A DNA stretch of 61,281 nucleotides from Candidatus Bipolaricaulota bacterium (GCA_030550495.1 JAUQPG010000003.1:1-61281), one strand, 5' to 3'. Positions 8,617 to 17,502 are shown, counted from the stretch's first letter. The notes: a model not told the origin generated them from the sequence alone. Translations and numbers: made by a program.

Positions 8617-10833
8617 CTAGTGGACAATAAGAAGCGCCTGAATGATTCCCGATTCACTATCCAATGCTGTGAGTGCCTTGCCCAAGAGAGCACCCTCGCA
8701 CTGCCGGGCATTCTCGCAGCGCATGGCGTACCCTATCTTAGACGAGCTTGTCAGCAGATCTCCAGGGCGGATCGGGCCATTCTCGGTCGTGGCCTTCGCC
8801 CACACCCGCCCCAGCAAGGCAAGCAACGCTTGCGACTCTCTGGCCTCCCGTGCGCCCAAGATCAAGCCCGGCTGCGTCGCGATCACCCCTGCTAGCAGCC
8901 GACTGTACGGCGCGCGCGCCTTGCGATAGTGCTTGGGGTGCTCTGGATCAATCTCGATCACATCCCCTAGCTCGACAGGCTCGGAGACTAGGACATACTC
9001 AGCGACGTCGGCCCCGCCTCCAAAGAACGTCCCATCAGCGTAGACATTGCCCGTCGCGCGCTCCACCCGAAAGAGCGCCGCTGTGTTGCATATTCCGGCG
9101 AAGAAACATTGCAAAAGAGCTTCGGCGGGCTTATTGTGCGGCGTGTAGGACGTATCGGTCGGGCCGCCTTGGTTAGGATCTGTCTCCCAAACCCAAATGA
9201 ACAGCCCCTGCATCCAAGAGAGATCGCGCACTACTGTAAAGAGAGCTTGATAGCAATCGGCTTGCTCTTGCAGATCTACAGGGCCTAGGGTCTGCCAATC
9301 CCACGGGGCCATGTTGGCGCCGTCTACACTGCGATAGCCCACTTCTGTAAAGATAATGGGCTTATTCCATTGCTGGCTCAACGCTTGAAGCTGAGCTAAC
9401 GGCGCCTGCCAGCCGGCAATCAGCTCTGCTATGGTGGGATTGGTCTTGTTCGTCAGAGGGTAATACGCATCAACGCCGATAAGATCGAGGGCATCCCAAA
9501 ACTGAATTGTCGTGTATTCAGTTGGGGGATTGGCAGCATAGACCAAAGGGCCGCTGTAGACGGCCCGCACGGCAGCAATAATCTGACGCCATTGGGCCTC
9601 GCGATGGGTCGTCCCCTGCAGCTCAGTCCCTACACAGAACTGATCAACGCCGTGGGCTTGGGCAAGCTGCGCATAGTGCACAATAAAGCTCTGATACGAC
9701 GCAAACCATGCAGCCCATGCAGCCTCATCGCTGCCGAAGTTGATATCCCCGCGCCAATGATTTGGGTCGCTATTGAGATCAACGTGGGGCTTGAGCATGA
9801 CTTTCAGGCCCAAGATCTTTGCTTTCTGAATAGCGTGAATGAGATCGGCATCAGTAGGGGTGCGGGAGTCAGTCAGACATTGAATCTGTGTCGACGAGAC
9901 GGTCTCTTGATAGCACGTCACGATGAGGCTGACCCATGTAGCTCCGGTAGCAGCGAGCTCTTCCAGGGCTTGATCGGCGGCGGGGCTGGAGTACTGATCG
10001 CGCCACCACGCCGCGAACGAGATCCCGCGTTGCCACTGGGCGGACTGCGTGCACGATTGCATCCATGCGTCAAGACCGCGGTGCTTGAGAATAGCGCTGA
10101 ATCCTAGGGCGTTGGCTTGGGGACAGAATTGCTCGAGCGTCATGCCCTCTTCAGTGTACTCTATCGCGAAGACGGCCTTGCCCGCTTGGATGAACGGCGT
10201 CATCTGATCGCACCAGCCGTACTTGAAACAGCTCTCGACTAAAGCCCACTCGAAGTACGGCAGAAGATCGGGCACTTGGTCGGGATCGTTCTTCAGCCCG
10301 ATGGAGAGCCCTCGGGCGTGTGCTTCGTTGGCAAGCCAAATGTTGTACGCGAGCTGATCTTGATAGGTCAAGGGGAAGCCCGTATTGTTCTGGTACCCGT
10401 CGAGATTGTCGGGATCAACACCGTCAAATCCCTTGGCTTTGCACAAGTCCAAGCGAGCGCGCATGATCGGCGCTAGGAGATCAATCCGGCGGATGTCGAG
10501 CCAGCGCTCGCCGGGCCAGCCCTCATAAGGATTCCCTAAGACTTCAGGAGGGAACTGATCGGCATCCGGACGCCACTCCTCCCACGCCCCAGCATTGATA
10601 TAACAGATCACTTTGCGCCCCTGGGCATGCAAAGCAGCCACGAGGCTCGCGTCGGTGTCGAACATATCAATATCGTAGACCTGAACGTCAAAAGACTGAT
10701 CTACGGGCAGACCTGTGAACTGAATTTGCCAAGTCGTTCCCGGTGCAGGCGTCCAAAACCCACTTTGAGCGAGCGAAGCGCCATGCGCTATCAGCCAGAT
10801 GAGTCCCAGCAGACTAAGGGCAATGATACGCAT
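8617..10833 (-). CDS. secreted two-domain glycosidase: GH114-type endo-alpha-1,4-polygalactosaminidase-like domain plus a clan GH-A-like TIM-barrel domain, ending in the shared 151-aa C-terminal module
   Basis: Signal peptide MRIIALSLLGLIWLIAHGASLAQ. The GH114 pattern is VICYINAGAWEEWRPD...GWPGERWLDIR...KGFDGVDPDNLDGYQN...GLSIGLKND...AVFAIEY. The second domain has VGTELQG and IIFTEVGY, candidate acid/base and nucleophile Glu motifs. The C-terminal module is FRVERATGNVY... Confidence 0.88.
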   Translation of the reverse strand: MRIIALSLLGLIWLIAHGASLAQSGFWTPAPGTTWQIQFTGLPVDQSFDVQVYDIDMFDTDASLVAALHAQGRKVICYINAGAWEEWRPDADQFPPEVLGNPYEGWPGERWLDIRRIDLLAPIMRARLDLCKAKGFDGVDPDNLDGYQNNTGFPLTYQDQLAYNIWLANEAHARGLSIGLKNDPDQVPDLLPYFEWALVESCFKYGWCDQMTPFIQAGKAVFAIEYTEEGMTLEQFCPQANALGFSAILKHRGLDAWMQSCTQSAQWQRGISFAAWWRDQYSSPAADQALEELAATGATWVSLIVTCYQETVSSTQIQCLTDSRTPTDADLIHAIQKAKILGLKVMLKPHVDLNSDPNHWRGDINFGSDEAAWAAWFASYQSFIVHYAQLAQAHGVDQFCVGTELQGTTHREAQWRQIIAAVRAVYSGPLVYAANPPTEYTTIQFWDALDLIGVDAYYPLTNKTNPTIAELIAGWQAPLAQLQALSQQWNKPIIFTEVGYRSVDGANMAPWDWQTLGPVDLQEQADCYQALFTVVRDLSWMQGLFIWVWETDPNQGGPTDTSYTPHNKPAEALLQCFFAGICNTAALFRVERATGNVYADGTFFGGGADVAEYVLVSEPVELGDVIEIDPEHPKHYRKARAPYSRLLAGVIATQPGLILGAREARESQALLALLGRVWAKATTENGPIRPGDLLTSSSKIGYAMRCENARQCEGALLGKALTALDSESGIIQALLIVH
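8620..9072. repeat. dispersed coding repeat, copy 2 (C-terminal module); partner at 2358..2810
   Basis: By my manual protein alignment, 107 of 151 positions are identical to copy 1. Blocks of near-identical DNA are present. Confidence 0.85.
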
Positions 10834-10852
10834 CGTTACCCCCTTCTCATAC

Positions 10853-11521
10853 TTATTCCAAGCCCACCATGAGCTGCACGATCCAGCCGTTGAAGTTTGC
10901 TGGCGGTCCCTTGAGGGCGCGACCCTCCTGATCCCATGCGCCGTTGTCGAACGTCAGCGTGTAGCCCGCCGAGAGCGTGAGCATGAGCGTAATGGGCTCG
11001 TCGAGCTTGAATGTGAGCAAGGGGAATCGCACGCCCAGCTGCGGGCTGACGGTGAAGAACCAACGTGTAAAGAAAGCCCCTGCAGGGCTGCTGAGGGCTT
11101 CAGCGAAGCTCGCAGGACGATGATCGAGCACCGTGAGGCTCGCGATCCCCACTCCTAGCGTAAGGTTGACAAACGACCCCAGGGGAAGCCGAGGGAGAGC
11201 ACGCTCCCCCGATCCCCCAAACCATGTCAAGGTCAGTTTCGTCAGCTTCTCGTCACTCTTGGCCACAGCATCGCCGTGCCAATTAGCGATATTGAGGTTC
11301 CACCCTCTCAACACGATCGTGTTCTGCCCGCCCCAGATAAAACAGCTCTCCGGCAGCGTAGGATAGCCTTGAGCCTCCAAGAGCTGATTGAGCTCAGACA
11401 TGTTCCAGAAAACCCAGCCGAATTGTAGTGTGCTCCAACCGCGCCGTTGTTCTTCCTGGCCTACCGCACCACACGCCCAGCCAACGACCACCAGAAAGAC
11501 AAACACAAGAACGCGCGCCAT
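10853..11521 (-). CDS. secreted beta-rich protein of unknown family (222 aa)
   Basis: Signal peptide MARVLVFVFLVVVGWACGAVGQ. It is tightly packed between the S9 peptidase (11-nt gap) and the glycosidase (19-nt gap). Confidence 0.6.
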   Translation of the reverse strand: MARVLVFVFLVVVGWACGAVGQEEQRRGWSTLQFGWVFWNMSELNQLLEAQGYPTLPESCFIWGGQNTIVLRGWNLNIANWHGDAVAKSDEKLTKLTLTWFGGSGERALPRLPLGSFVNLTLGVGIASLTVLDHRPASFAEALSSPAGAFFTRWFFTVSPQLGVRFPLLTFKLDEPITLMLTLSAGYTLTFDNGAWDQEGRALKGPPANFNGWIVQLMVGLE

Positions 11522-11532
11522 GTCAGACCTCC

Positions 11533-13512
11533 TTAGAGATTTTCGATCGGCACCGGCTCAACGGAGTCGGCGATTGCAAAGCCAAAGACTTTCGCGTAAA
11601 AGTACAGCTCGGCTTCGAGCGATCTTTTGATATTTTCGGCTTTGCGGAAGCCGTGCTGCTCCCCCTCAAATGCCATGTACGCCACGGGGATGCCCTTCCC
11701 GCGCAGCGCTTCGACCATCATTTCAGATTGACTTGGAGGAACTACTCTGTCTTCTAAGCCCTGGAAGAAGATCACCGGACAAGAAATCTGATCAGCGAAG
11801 TGAATGGGCGAGCGCGCATAGTACAGATCGCGCCGCTCGGGATACGGCCCAATGAGACTTCTATTGTAGCGTGACTCGAACTTGTGCGTGTCTGTATCTA
11901 ACGCTTCAAGATCGCTCACGCCGAAGTAGCTCGCCCCGGCTTTGAAGAACTTTCTGAAGGTGAGCGCGCAGAGCGTCGTGTACCCGCCGGCGCTGCCGCC
12001 GCGAATCGCGACGCGCTCGCCGTCTACTAGCCCACGATTCACTAAATACTTGGCAGCGTTGACGCAGTCGTCGACGTCGACGACACCCCACTGGCCCCTC
12101 AGTCGCTCTCTATATTCTCGGCCGTAGCCGGTGCTGCCCCCATAGTTGACGTCGACGACCGCGAAGCCGCGGCTCGTCCAGAACTGAATCTCTAATCTCA
12201 GTGTCGCCGTGGTAGCACTTGTTGGTCCGCCGTGGCTGAAGACTAAGAGCGGGGGCTTCTCGCCCGGCGGGGCTTGGAAGTCTTTGTTTTTCGGAGCGTA
12301 GAAGAACGCATAGGCGGTCTTGCCCCCTTCGGTAGGAAACTCGATGGGCTGCGCAACCGAGAGATACCCCTCGTCAATCTGAAGATCGCTAGAACGCCGC
12401 AGCACTTCAAATTTTTTCTCTTTGAGGTCGAGCCGGACAATCGAGAGCATCTCTGTGGGCGAGCCGCCGCGAAAGACCACACAGTGAGCATGAGCGCGCA
12501 CGTAGCTGATATCAGTGTAGGGCGTCTCGATGGGCTCGAGCTTCTTTGTCACTGTGTCCAGGCGCGCTAGGCGCCACATCCCGTTCTGAGTGTACGCGCA
12601 GACGAGCTCGCGCTCGGAGAGGAATGCATACGTCGACATGCCGAAGCCCCACTGGGGCTGGCCGAACTCGGCTTCGAGCTGGGTGAGGCCCTCACCCCCG
12701 CCCCCTCTCCCGTCTAGAACGGGAGAGGGGTGCCGCAGGCGAGGTGAGGGCCACTGCCAACGATAGATGTTCCACCAACCCGTTCTATCCGAGACAAAAT
12801 AGAGCGTGCCGTCGGGGGACCATTCGGGCTGGAAGATAGATTCCGTCGGGCCACCCGCGACCTTCTGGGCGTTTTTCACTGAGCCGTCACCAGCGATCTC
12901 CGCGACCCAGAGCTCCGTGCCGTCCCAGGGCATGTTGGGGTGATTCCATGTGAGCCACGCGAGCTTGGTGCCATCGGGACTTAATCTGGGCGAAGCGTAA
13001 AAGTCATTGCCGGAGACGAGCACGGTGCCACCATCGGGATCGCCGTCGAGCTTCACGCTCACAATAGTATTGACGGCTTCGCGCCCGGCAACAGTGTGAT
13101 CTTCGCGGACGCAGATCAAGCGATTTCGCCGAGCGTCAATAACAGCGTCAGCATAGCGCAATGCTTTCTCTGGGGTGATGGGCTGTGGGGCAGCACCGGG
13201 CTTCTGCACATAGAGTCGCTGATCTTTGAAGTTCGAGAAATAGACAGTGCCGTTATGGACGCAGAAATCGCCGCCGCCGTACTCGTGCACCGTTGTGCGG
13301 GCGTAGAACGGCGCGGGCGTGATGTCGCTCACCGTGCCGTCGGGAGATCTCTTGACGATGACATAGCGTCCAGCTTCGGCGGGGCGCGATTCGAGCCAGT
13401 AGATATCTTCTCCGTCGAGGACGACCTGCATCAGGCGCACCGCGCCGCGGGCGATTATGTCTGCGGTGATCGGCGACTTCCACGAACCGTAGGGGGCAAT
13501 CATAGGGGTCAT
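11533..13512 (-). CDS. S9-family serine peptidase (prolyl oligopeptidase / acylaminoacyl-peptidase type) with an N-terminal beta-propeller
   Basis: C-terminal alpha/beta hydrolase with GGSAGGYTT nucleophile elbow and EGEQHGF. A propeller region lies upstream. GGAGG precedes the ATG. Confidence 0.9.
   Translation of the reverse strand: MTPMIAPYGSWKSPITADIIARGAVRLMQVVLDGEDIYWLESRPAEAGRYVIVKRSPDGTVSDITPAPFYARTTVHEYGGGDFCVHNGTVYFSNFKDQRLYVQKPGAAPQPITPEKALRYADAVIDARRNRLICVREDHTVAGREAVNTIVSVKLDGDPDGGTVLVSGNDFYASPRLSPDGTKLAWLTWNHPNMPWDGTELWVAEIAGDGSVKNAQKVAGGPTESIFQPEWSPDGTLYFVSDRTGWWNIYRWQWPSPRLRHPSPVLDGRGGGGEGLTQLEAEFGQPQWGFGMSTYAFLSERELVCAYTQNGMWRLARLDTVTKKLEPIETPYTDISYVRAHAHCVVFRGGSPTEMLSIVRLDLKEKKFEVLRRSSDLQIDEGYLSVAQPIEFPTEGGKTAYAFFYAPKNKDFQAPPGEKPPLLVFSHGGPTSATTATLRLEIQFWTSRGFAVVDVNYGGSTGYGREYRERLRGQWGVVDVDDCVNAAKYLVNRGLVDGERVAIRGGSAGGYTTLCALTFRKFFKAGASYFGVSDLEALDTDTHKFESRYNRSLIGPYPERRDLYYARSPIHFADQISCPVIFFQGLEDRVVPPSQSEMMVEALRGKGIPVAYMAFEGEQHGFRKAENIKRSLEAELYFYAKVFGFAIADSVEPVPIENL
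12687..12752. repeat. REP-like nested palindrome, copy A, located inside the S9 peptidase reading frame
   Basis: Sequence: GGCCCTCACCCCCGCCCCCTCTCCCGTCTAGAACGGGAGAGGGGTGCCGCAGGCGAGGTGAGGGCC. Outer 10-bp stem and inner perfect 12-bp stem. It is 66 bp long and in frame. Confidence 0.85.
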
Positions 13513-13543
13513 TCCGTTGAGCCTCCTCTATCTTCGCAGTGTT

Positions 13544-13572
13544 ATTATACAAAAATCACGGGATCAGCTTAA
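13544..13572 (-). promoter_or_regulatory. possible promoter for the S9 peptidase gene
   Basis: On the minus strand: TTAAGC (13572..13567), 17-bp spacer, TATAAT (13549..13544), then a leader with GAGGAGG. Confidence 0.3.
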
Positions 13573-13698
13573 GACGTTTGAGATCTTCTATAGTCCAACC
13601 AGCATCCCCAATCATCGCTTTTAAAGTCTTAGGCGGGAAGGTCTGACCCGCATGAGGCGTTGCGCTGTAACGTTCTTGGCAGCAGGGGGAAGCTTCAT
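13556..13698 (-). pseudogene. hicA-like toxin remnant (internally deleted and frameshifted)
   Basis: The ATG at 13698 overlaps the hicB stop (ATGA) but that frame stops after 25 codons. Another frame without a start codon encodes ...YSATPHAGQTFPPKTLKAMIGDAGWTIEDLKRLKLIP, which resembles only the C-terminal third of HicA/YcfA proteins. Confidence 0.45.
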
Positions 13699-13995
13699 GC
13701 TGTAGCCGCTACGACCGGTTCAGTGAACACAGTGACAAATTCTGCTGGTCCTTCAGGGATTGGTTCATTATGTTTCTTAAGGTCCTCTAGGTAGACCTCG
13801 ACGGCCTCTTGGATGTTCTGCAGGGCTTCTTCTAGAGTGTAGCCCCACAAGCGGCAGCCTTTGAGAGCTGGCACGTAGACATGGTACGCCATCGTGCCGT
13901 CATCGAACGGATCTTCTTCGAGAACGACTTTGAAGACGTAGGTCTTTGCGACCGACCTTCGTAGAGATGACTTTACGAGGCTGTTTGCTAGGCAT
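13695..13995 (-). pseudogene. hicB-like (UPF0150) antitoxin, apparently frameshifted near its 5-prime end
   Basis: The track ORF 13695..13892 starts at MAYHVYVPALKGC. The conserved first strand (TYVFKVVLEEDPFDDGT) continues upstream in the same frame but has no start codon there. An ATG at 13995 sits behind a good promoter in a different frame and terminates after 31 codons. Confidence 0.55.
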
Positions 13996-14002
13996 AATAC
14001 GT

Positions 14003-14031
14003 ATTTTATGAAACTTGAGGACCAGGGGCAA
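14003..14031 (-). promoter_or_regulatory. promoter of the hicB cassette (leaderless geometry)
   Basis: On the minus strand: TTGCCC (14031..14026), 17-bp spacer, TAAAAT (14008..14003), 7 nt before the ATG at 13995. Confidence 0.4.
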
Positions 14032-14034
14032 GCT

Positions 14035-15483
14035 TTACGCTCGCGCTGGTTCCTTTCTCTTAGGCATGAGAATATGTATCGCCTTGCCCAGTGCAGCTTC
14101 GGCAGCCTCCATCAGCCCCTCCGGCAGCGTCGGATGCGGATGAATGCTTAAAGCTAGATCTTCCAACGTCGCCCCCATCTCGATTGCTAAGACGGCTTCA
14201 CTGATGAGCGTCGAGGCTTCAGGACCAACGATCTGCACGCCGAGCACGAGCTTGGTCTCCGCGTCAGCAATAATCTTAATAAACCCATCGGTCTCGCCCA
14301 GCGTCAGCGCCCGCCCCAGCGCCGCAAACGGGAATTTCCCAACTATCGTCTTATAGCCTGCTTGCTGGGCTTCAGCTTCGCTCAGCCCCGCGTAGGCGAT
14401 CTCCGGGTCGGTAAAGATCACCGCGGGCACGGTCTGCCAATCGGCCGCGCTCGCAAGCCCACAGATCGCCTCCGCCGCAACGATCCCCTCGTGAGACGCC
14501 TTGTGCGCCAAAAGCGGCGGCCCCGCAACGTCCCCAATCGCGTAGATATGCGGGACGCTCGTGCGCATCTGCTTGTCCGTCTTGAGAAAGCCCTTGGGAT
14601 CAGGCTGCAGACCCAATCTCTCTAAACCCAGCTCTGGCGGCGTGTTTGGCTTGCGCCCGACACTGACTAGAACTTTTTCGGCTTCAAGGCTCTTCTCGCC
14701 GTCAGGCGTCTGAATGACAAGCTGCGCCCCGTCCTTACTCTTCTTCAGCTCTTTCGCTTGGGACTTGAGATAGATGTCCATCTGTAGTTCTTTGGCTTTC
14801 CGAGCAACAAGGCGCGTCAGCTCTGGATCAGTTCCAGGCAAGAGGTTCTCCAACATCTCGACGACCGTGACCTTGCTGCCAAACTTGGCATAGACCATCC
14901 CCAGCTCCACCCCGATATAGCCACCCCCAATCACGATGAGCGATTGGGGAAGCTTTTTGAGCGCAAGCGCGCCGGTAGAGTCTATGACGACCTCGCCGTC
15001 GATCTCAAAGTCGGGGAGGGTCATGGGCACGGACCCCGTCGCAATGATACAATCTTTGAACTCAATCGTTTGATTGCCGTGCTCACCCTCGACCAAGCAC
15101 TTCTTCGGCGAGATGAATGTCGCCTTGCCCTTAATCACATTGACACCGTTGCCCTTACAGAGCTGCTCGACACCTCCCGTGAGCCTCTTGACGACGCTCT
15201 CTTTCCACGCCTGTAAGCGCTCGATATCGAGCTGAACGTCCTGCACAGAGATCCCAAACGTATCGGCACGCTTGATCTTCTCGTAGAGATACGACGCGTA
15301 GATCAGGGCTTTCGAGGGGATGCACCCAACGTTCAAGCACGTGCCGCCCAGCTCGTCTTTCTCGACAAGGGTGACGTCCTTGCCCAGCTGAGCTGCTCGA
15401 ATAGCCGCAACGTATCCACCCGGACCACCCCCTACGACTAAGACCTCGGTACCGATAGTGATCTCGCCCACGACCATAAACAA
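14035..15483 (-). CDS. lpdA: dihydrolipoyl dehydrogenase (E3)
   Basis: GGGPGGYVAAIRAAQLGK, redox-active GGTCLNVGCIPSKAL, and a C-terminal dimerisation domain with HPHPTLPE. The start may be the TTG at 15483 or the ATG at 15477. Confidence 0.95.
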   Translation of the reverse strand: MFMVVGEITIGTEVLVVGGGPGGYVAAIRAAQLGKDVTLVEKDELGGTCLNVGCIPSKALIYASYLYEKIKRADTFGISVQDVQLDIERLQAWKESVVKRLTGGVEQLCKGNGVNVIKGKATFISPKKCLVEGEHGNQTIEFKDCIIATGSVPMTLPDFEIDGEVVIDSTGALALKKLPQSLIVIGGGYIGVELGMVYAKFGSKVTVVEMLENLLPGTDPELTRLVARKAKELQMDIYLKSQAKELKKSKDGAQLVIQTPDGEKSLEAEKVLVSVGRKPNTPPELGLERLGLQPDPKGFLKTDKQMRTSVPHIYAIGDVAGPPLLAHKASHEGIVAAEAICGLASAADWQTVPAVIFTDPEIAYAGLSEAEAQQAGYKTIVGKFPFAALGRALTLGETDGFIKIIADAETKLVLGVQIVGPEASTLISEAVLAIEMGATLEDLALSIHPHPTLPEGLMEAAEAALGKAIHILMPKRKEPARA

Positions 15484-15537
15484 TCAACTCCCCTTGGAAT
15501 CACCATACGAACACACTTTGCTCATGCCGTCGGGGAT

Positions 15538-16509
15538 TCAAAAGCTCAACACCTTCTCTATGCCCTTCTTCACCCGTCCGGCATCGGGCAGATAGTACTG
15601 CTCCATCGTGAGATAGGGGATGTGCGTATCATAGCCCGTTACGCGCACCACCGGGGCTTGCAACTGCAAGAGCAAGCGCTCGTTAATTAGCGCTATGAGC
15701 TCCGACGCCAAACTACACGTGCGTGGAGCTTCCTGAACGATCACAGCGCGCCCGGTCTTGGCCACCGAAGTGAGCACAGTCTCTATGTCCAATGGCTTGA
15801 GCGTGCGCAGGTCAATCAGCTCAACGCTGATGCCCTCAAGCTGCTCGATTGCTTGCAGACAGACCCTCACCATCGCCCCCCAGGTGATCACCGTGACGTC
15901 GGTGCCCTCCCGCACAAGAGATGCCTTCCCAATAGGCACGGTGTAGTCGCCCTCGGGGACTTCTTGGCGAAACGCGCGATAGAGTCGCTTGGGCTCGAAG
16001 AAGATCACGGGATCGGGGTCGCGAATCGCTGAGATGAGCAACCCCTTAGCGTCGTAAGGATTCGACGGGATGACGACTTTCAAGCCAGGCGTGTGAACAT
16101 AATACGCTTCCGGGGCTTCGGAGTGATGCTCCAGAGCTCGGATACCGCCACCATAGGGCACTCGAATGACGATGGGCACGTGAAAGCGTCCGCGCGACCT
16201 CCAGCGGATGCGCGCCGCGTGCGAGATGATCTGATCGAACGCTGGGGCCATAAACCCATCAAACTGGATCTCCGCAACGGGCTTCAGCCCATTAATGGCC
16301 ATCCCAATCGCTGTACCCACGATCCCCGACTCGGCTAATGGCGTATCAATAGCGCGATCCGGCCCAAATTCTTGATAGAGCCCCTCGGTCGCGCGGAAGA
16401 CGCCGCCGTTGACGCCCACATCCTCCCCCATGACGATAACCGTTGGATCGCGGCGCATCTCCGTCTTCAGAGCGTCGTTGATCGCCTGAACAAGCGTCAT
16501 CTGCGGCAT
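15538..16509 (-). CDS. 2-oxoacid dehydrogenase E1 component, beta subunit (copy 2 of a tandem pair)
   Basis: Transketolase-like pyrimidine-binding and C-terminal domains. Collinear with the preceding gene and about three quarters or more identical to it by eye. Confidence 0.93.
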   Translation of the reverse strand: MPQMTLVQAINDALKTEMRRDPTVIVMGEDVGVNGGVFRATEGLYQEFGPDRAIDTPLAESGIVGTAIGMAINGLKPVAEIQFDGFMAPAFDQIISHAARIRWRSRGRFHVPIVIRVPYGGGIRALEHHSEAPEAYYVHTPGLKVVIPSNPYDAKGLLISAIRDPDPVIFFEPKRLYRAFRQEVPEGDYTVPIGKASLVREGTDVTVITWGAMVRVCLQAIEQLEGISVELIDLRTLKPLDIETVLTSVAKTGRAVIVQEAPRTCSLASELIALINERLLLQLQAPVVRVTGYDTHIPYLTMEQYYLPDAGRVKKGIEKVLSF

Positions 16510-16522
16510 AGGTATCCCTCTC

Positions 16523-17500
16523 TCAGTAGCTGAGCACTTTTTCTATCCCCTTCAGACAGCGCCCGACGTCGGGCAGATAATAGTCTTCTAGACGCGCCTG
16601 GGGAATGAACGTATCGAAGCCCGTCACGCGCACGATTGGCGCTTGCAAATACTCAAAAGCTTTGTCATTGACCAGGGCAGCAAGCTCTGCCCCAAACCCG
16701 CACGTTCGCGGCGCTTCATGCAGGATCACGACCCGCCCCGTCTTCTTCACCGACTCGATCACCGTCTCGACATCTAAGGGGACAATCGTGCGCAGATCGA
16801 TCACTTCGACGCTGACGTTCTGGGCAGCCATCTTCTCCGCAGCCCCCAGGGCAACCGGGATCATCGCGCCCCATGCGATGAGCGTCACGTGGGAGCCTTC
16901 ATGGGCGATGCGTGCCTTCCCGATGGGAACGATATAATCCCCTTCGGGGACCTCGGCACGGAACGCACGGTAAAGCCGTTTCGGCTCCAAATAGATAACG
17001 GGGTCGGGATCACGGATCGCCGCGATCAGAAGCCCTTTCGCATCATAGGGGTTTGACGGGATAACGACTTTTAAGCCCGGGGTATGGGCATAATACGCTT
17101 CAGGGCTCTCAGAATGGTACTCTGGGGCGCGAATACCCCCACCGTAGGGGGCACGGATCACGATGGGCACGTGAAACCGCCCGCGTGATCTCCAGCAAAT
17201 CCGCGCCGCGTGCGAGATGATCTGATCGAACGCGGGAGGTAGAAACCCATCGAATTGAATCTCCGCGACGGGCTTGAGCCCATTAATGGCCATCCCGATT
17301 GCTGTGCCGACGATCCCCGCTTCAGATAGAGGGGTATCAATCGAGCGATCCGGCCCAAATTCTTTATAGAGATTCTCTGTGACTCGGAAGACGCCGCCGT
17401 TGACGCCGACGTCCTCCCCCATCACGACCACCGTGGGGTCACGGCGCATCTCCGTCCTGAGCGCGTCGTTGATCGCCTGGACAATATTCAGTTGGGGCAT
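16523..17500 (-). CDS. 2-oxoacid dehydrogenase E1 component, beta subunit (copy 1 of a tandem pair)
   Basis: MPQLNIVQAINDALRTEMRRDPTVVVMGEDVG... Starts 2 nt after the E1 alpha stop. Confidence 0.93.
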   Translation of the reverse strand: MPQLNIVQAINDALRTEMRRDPTVVVMGEDVGVNGGVFRVTENLYKEFGPDRSIDTPLSEAGIVGTAIGMAINGLKPVAEIQFDGFLPPAFDQIISHAARICWRSRGRFHVPIVIRAPYGGGIRAPEYHSESPEAYYAHTPGLKVVIPSNPYDAKGLLIAAIRDPDPVIYLEPKRLYRAFRAEVPEGDYIVPIGKARIAHEGSHVTLIAWGAMIPVALGAAEKMAAQNVSVEVIDLRTIVPLDVETVIESVKKTGRVVILHEAPRTCGFGAELAALVNDKAFEYLQAPIVRVTGFDTFIPQARLEDYYLPDVGRCLKGIEKVLSY

Positions 17501-17502
17501 GG

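Noticed and set aside
2358-9072. I considered whether the two copies of the C-terminal module could be the template and variable repeats of a diversity-generating retroelement.
   Set aside because: The differences between the copies involve all base types rather than adenine-specific changes. Both copies are in-frame ends of genes, and no reverse transcriptase gene is present in the window.
2355-13995. I considered whether the block is a prophage remnant, given the tail-fibre-like C-terminal module and beta-helix folds.
   Set aside because: I saw no capsid, portal, terminase, tail-tube, integrase or lysis genes, and every product has a Sec signal peptide. I therefore treat it as cellular genes with a phage-like domain.
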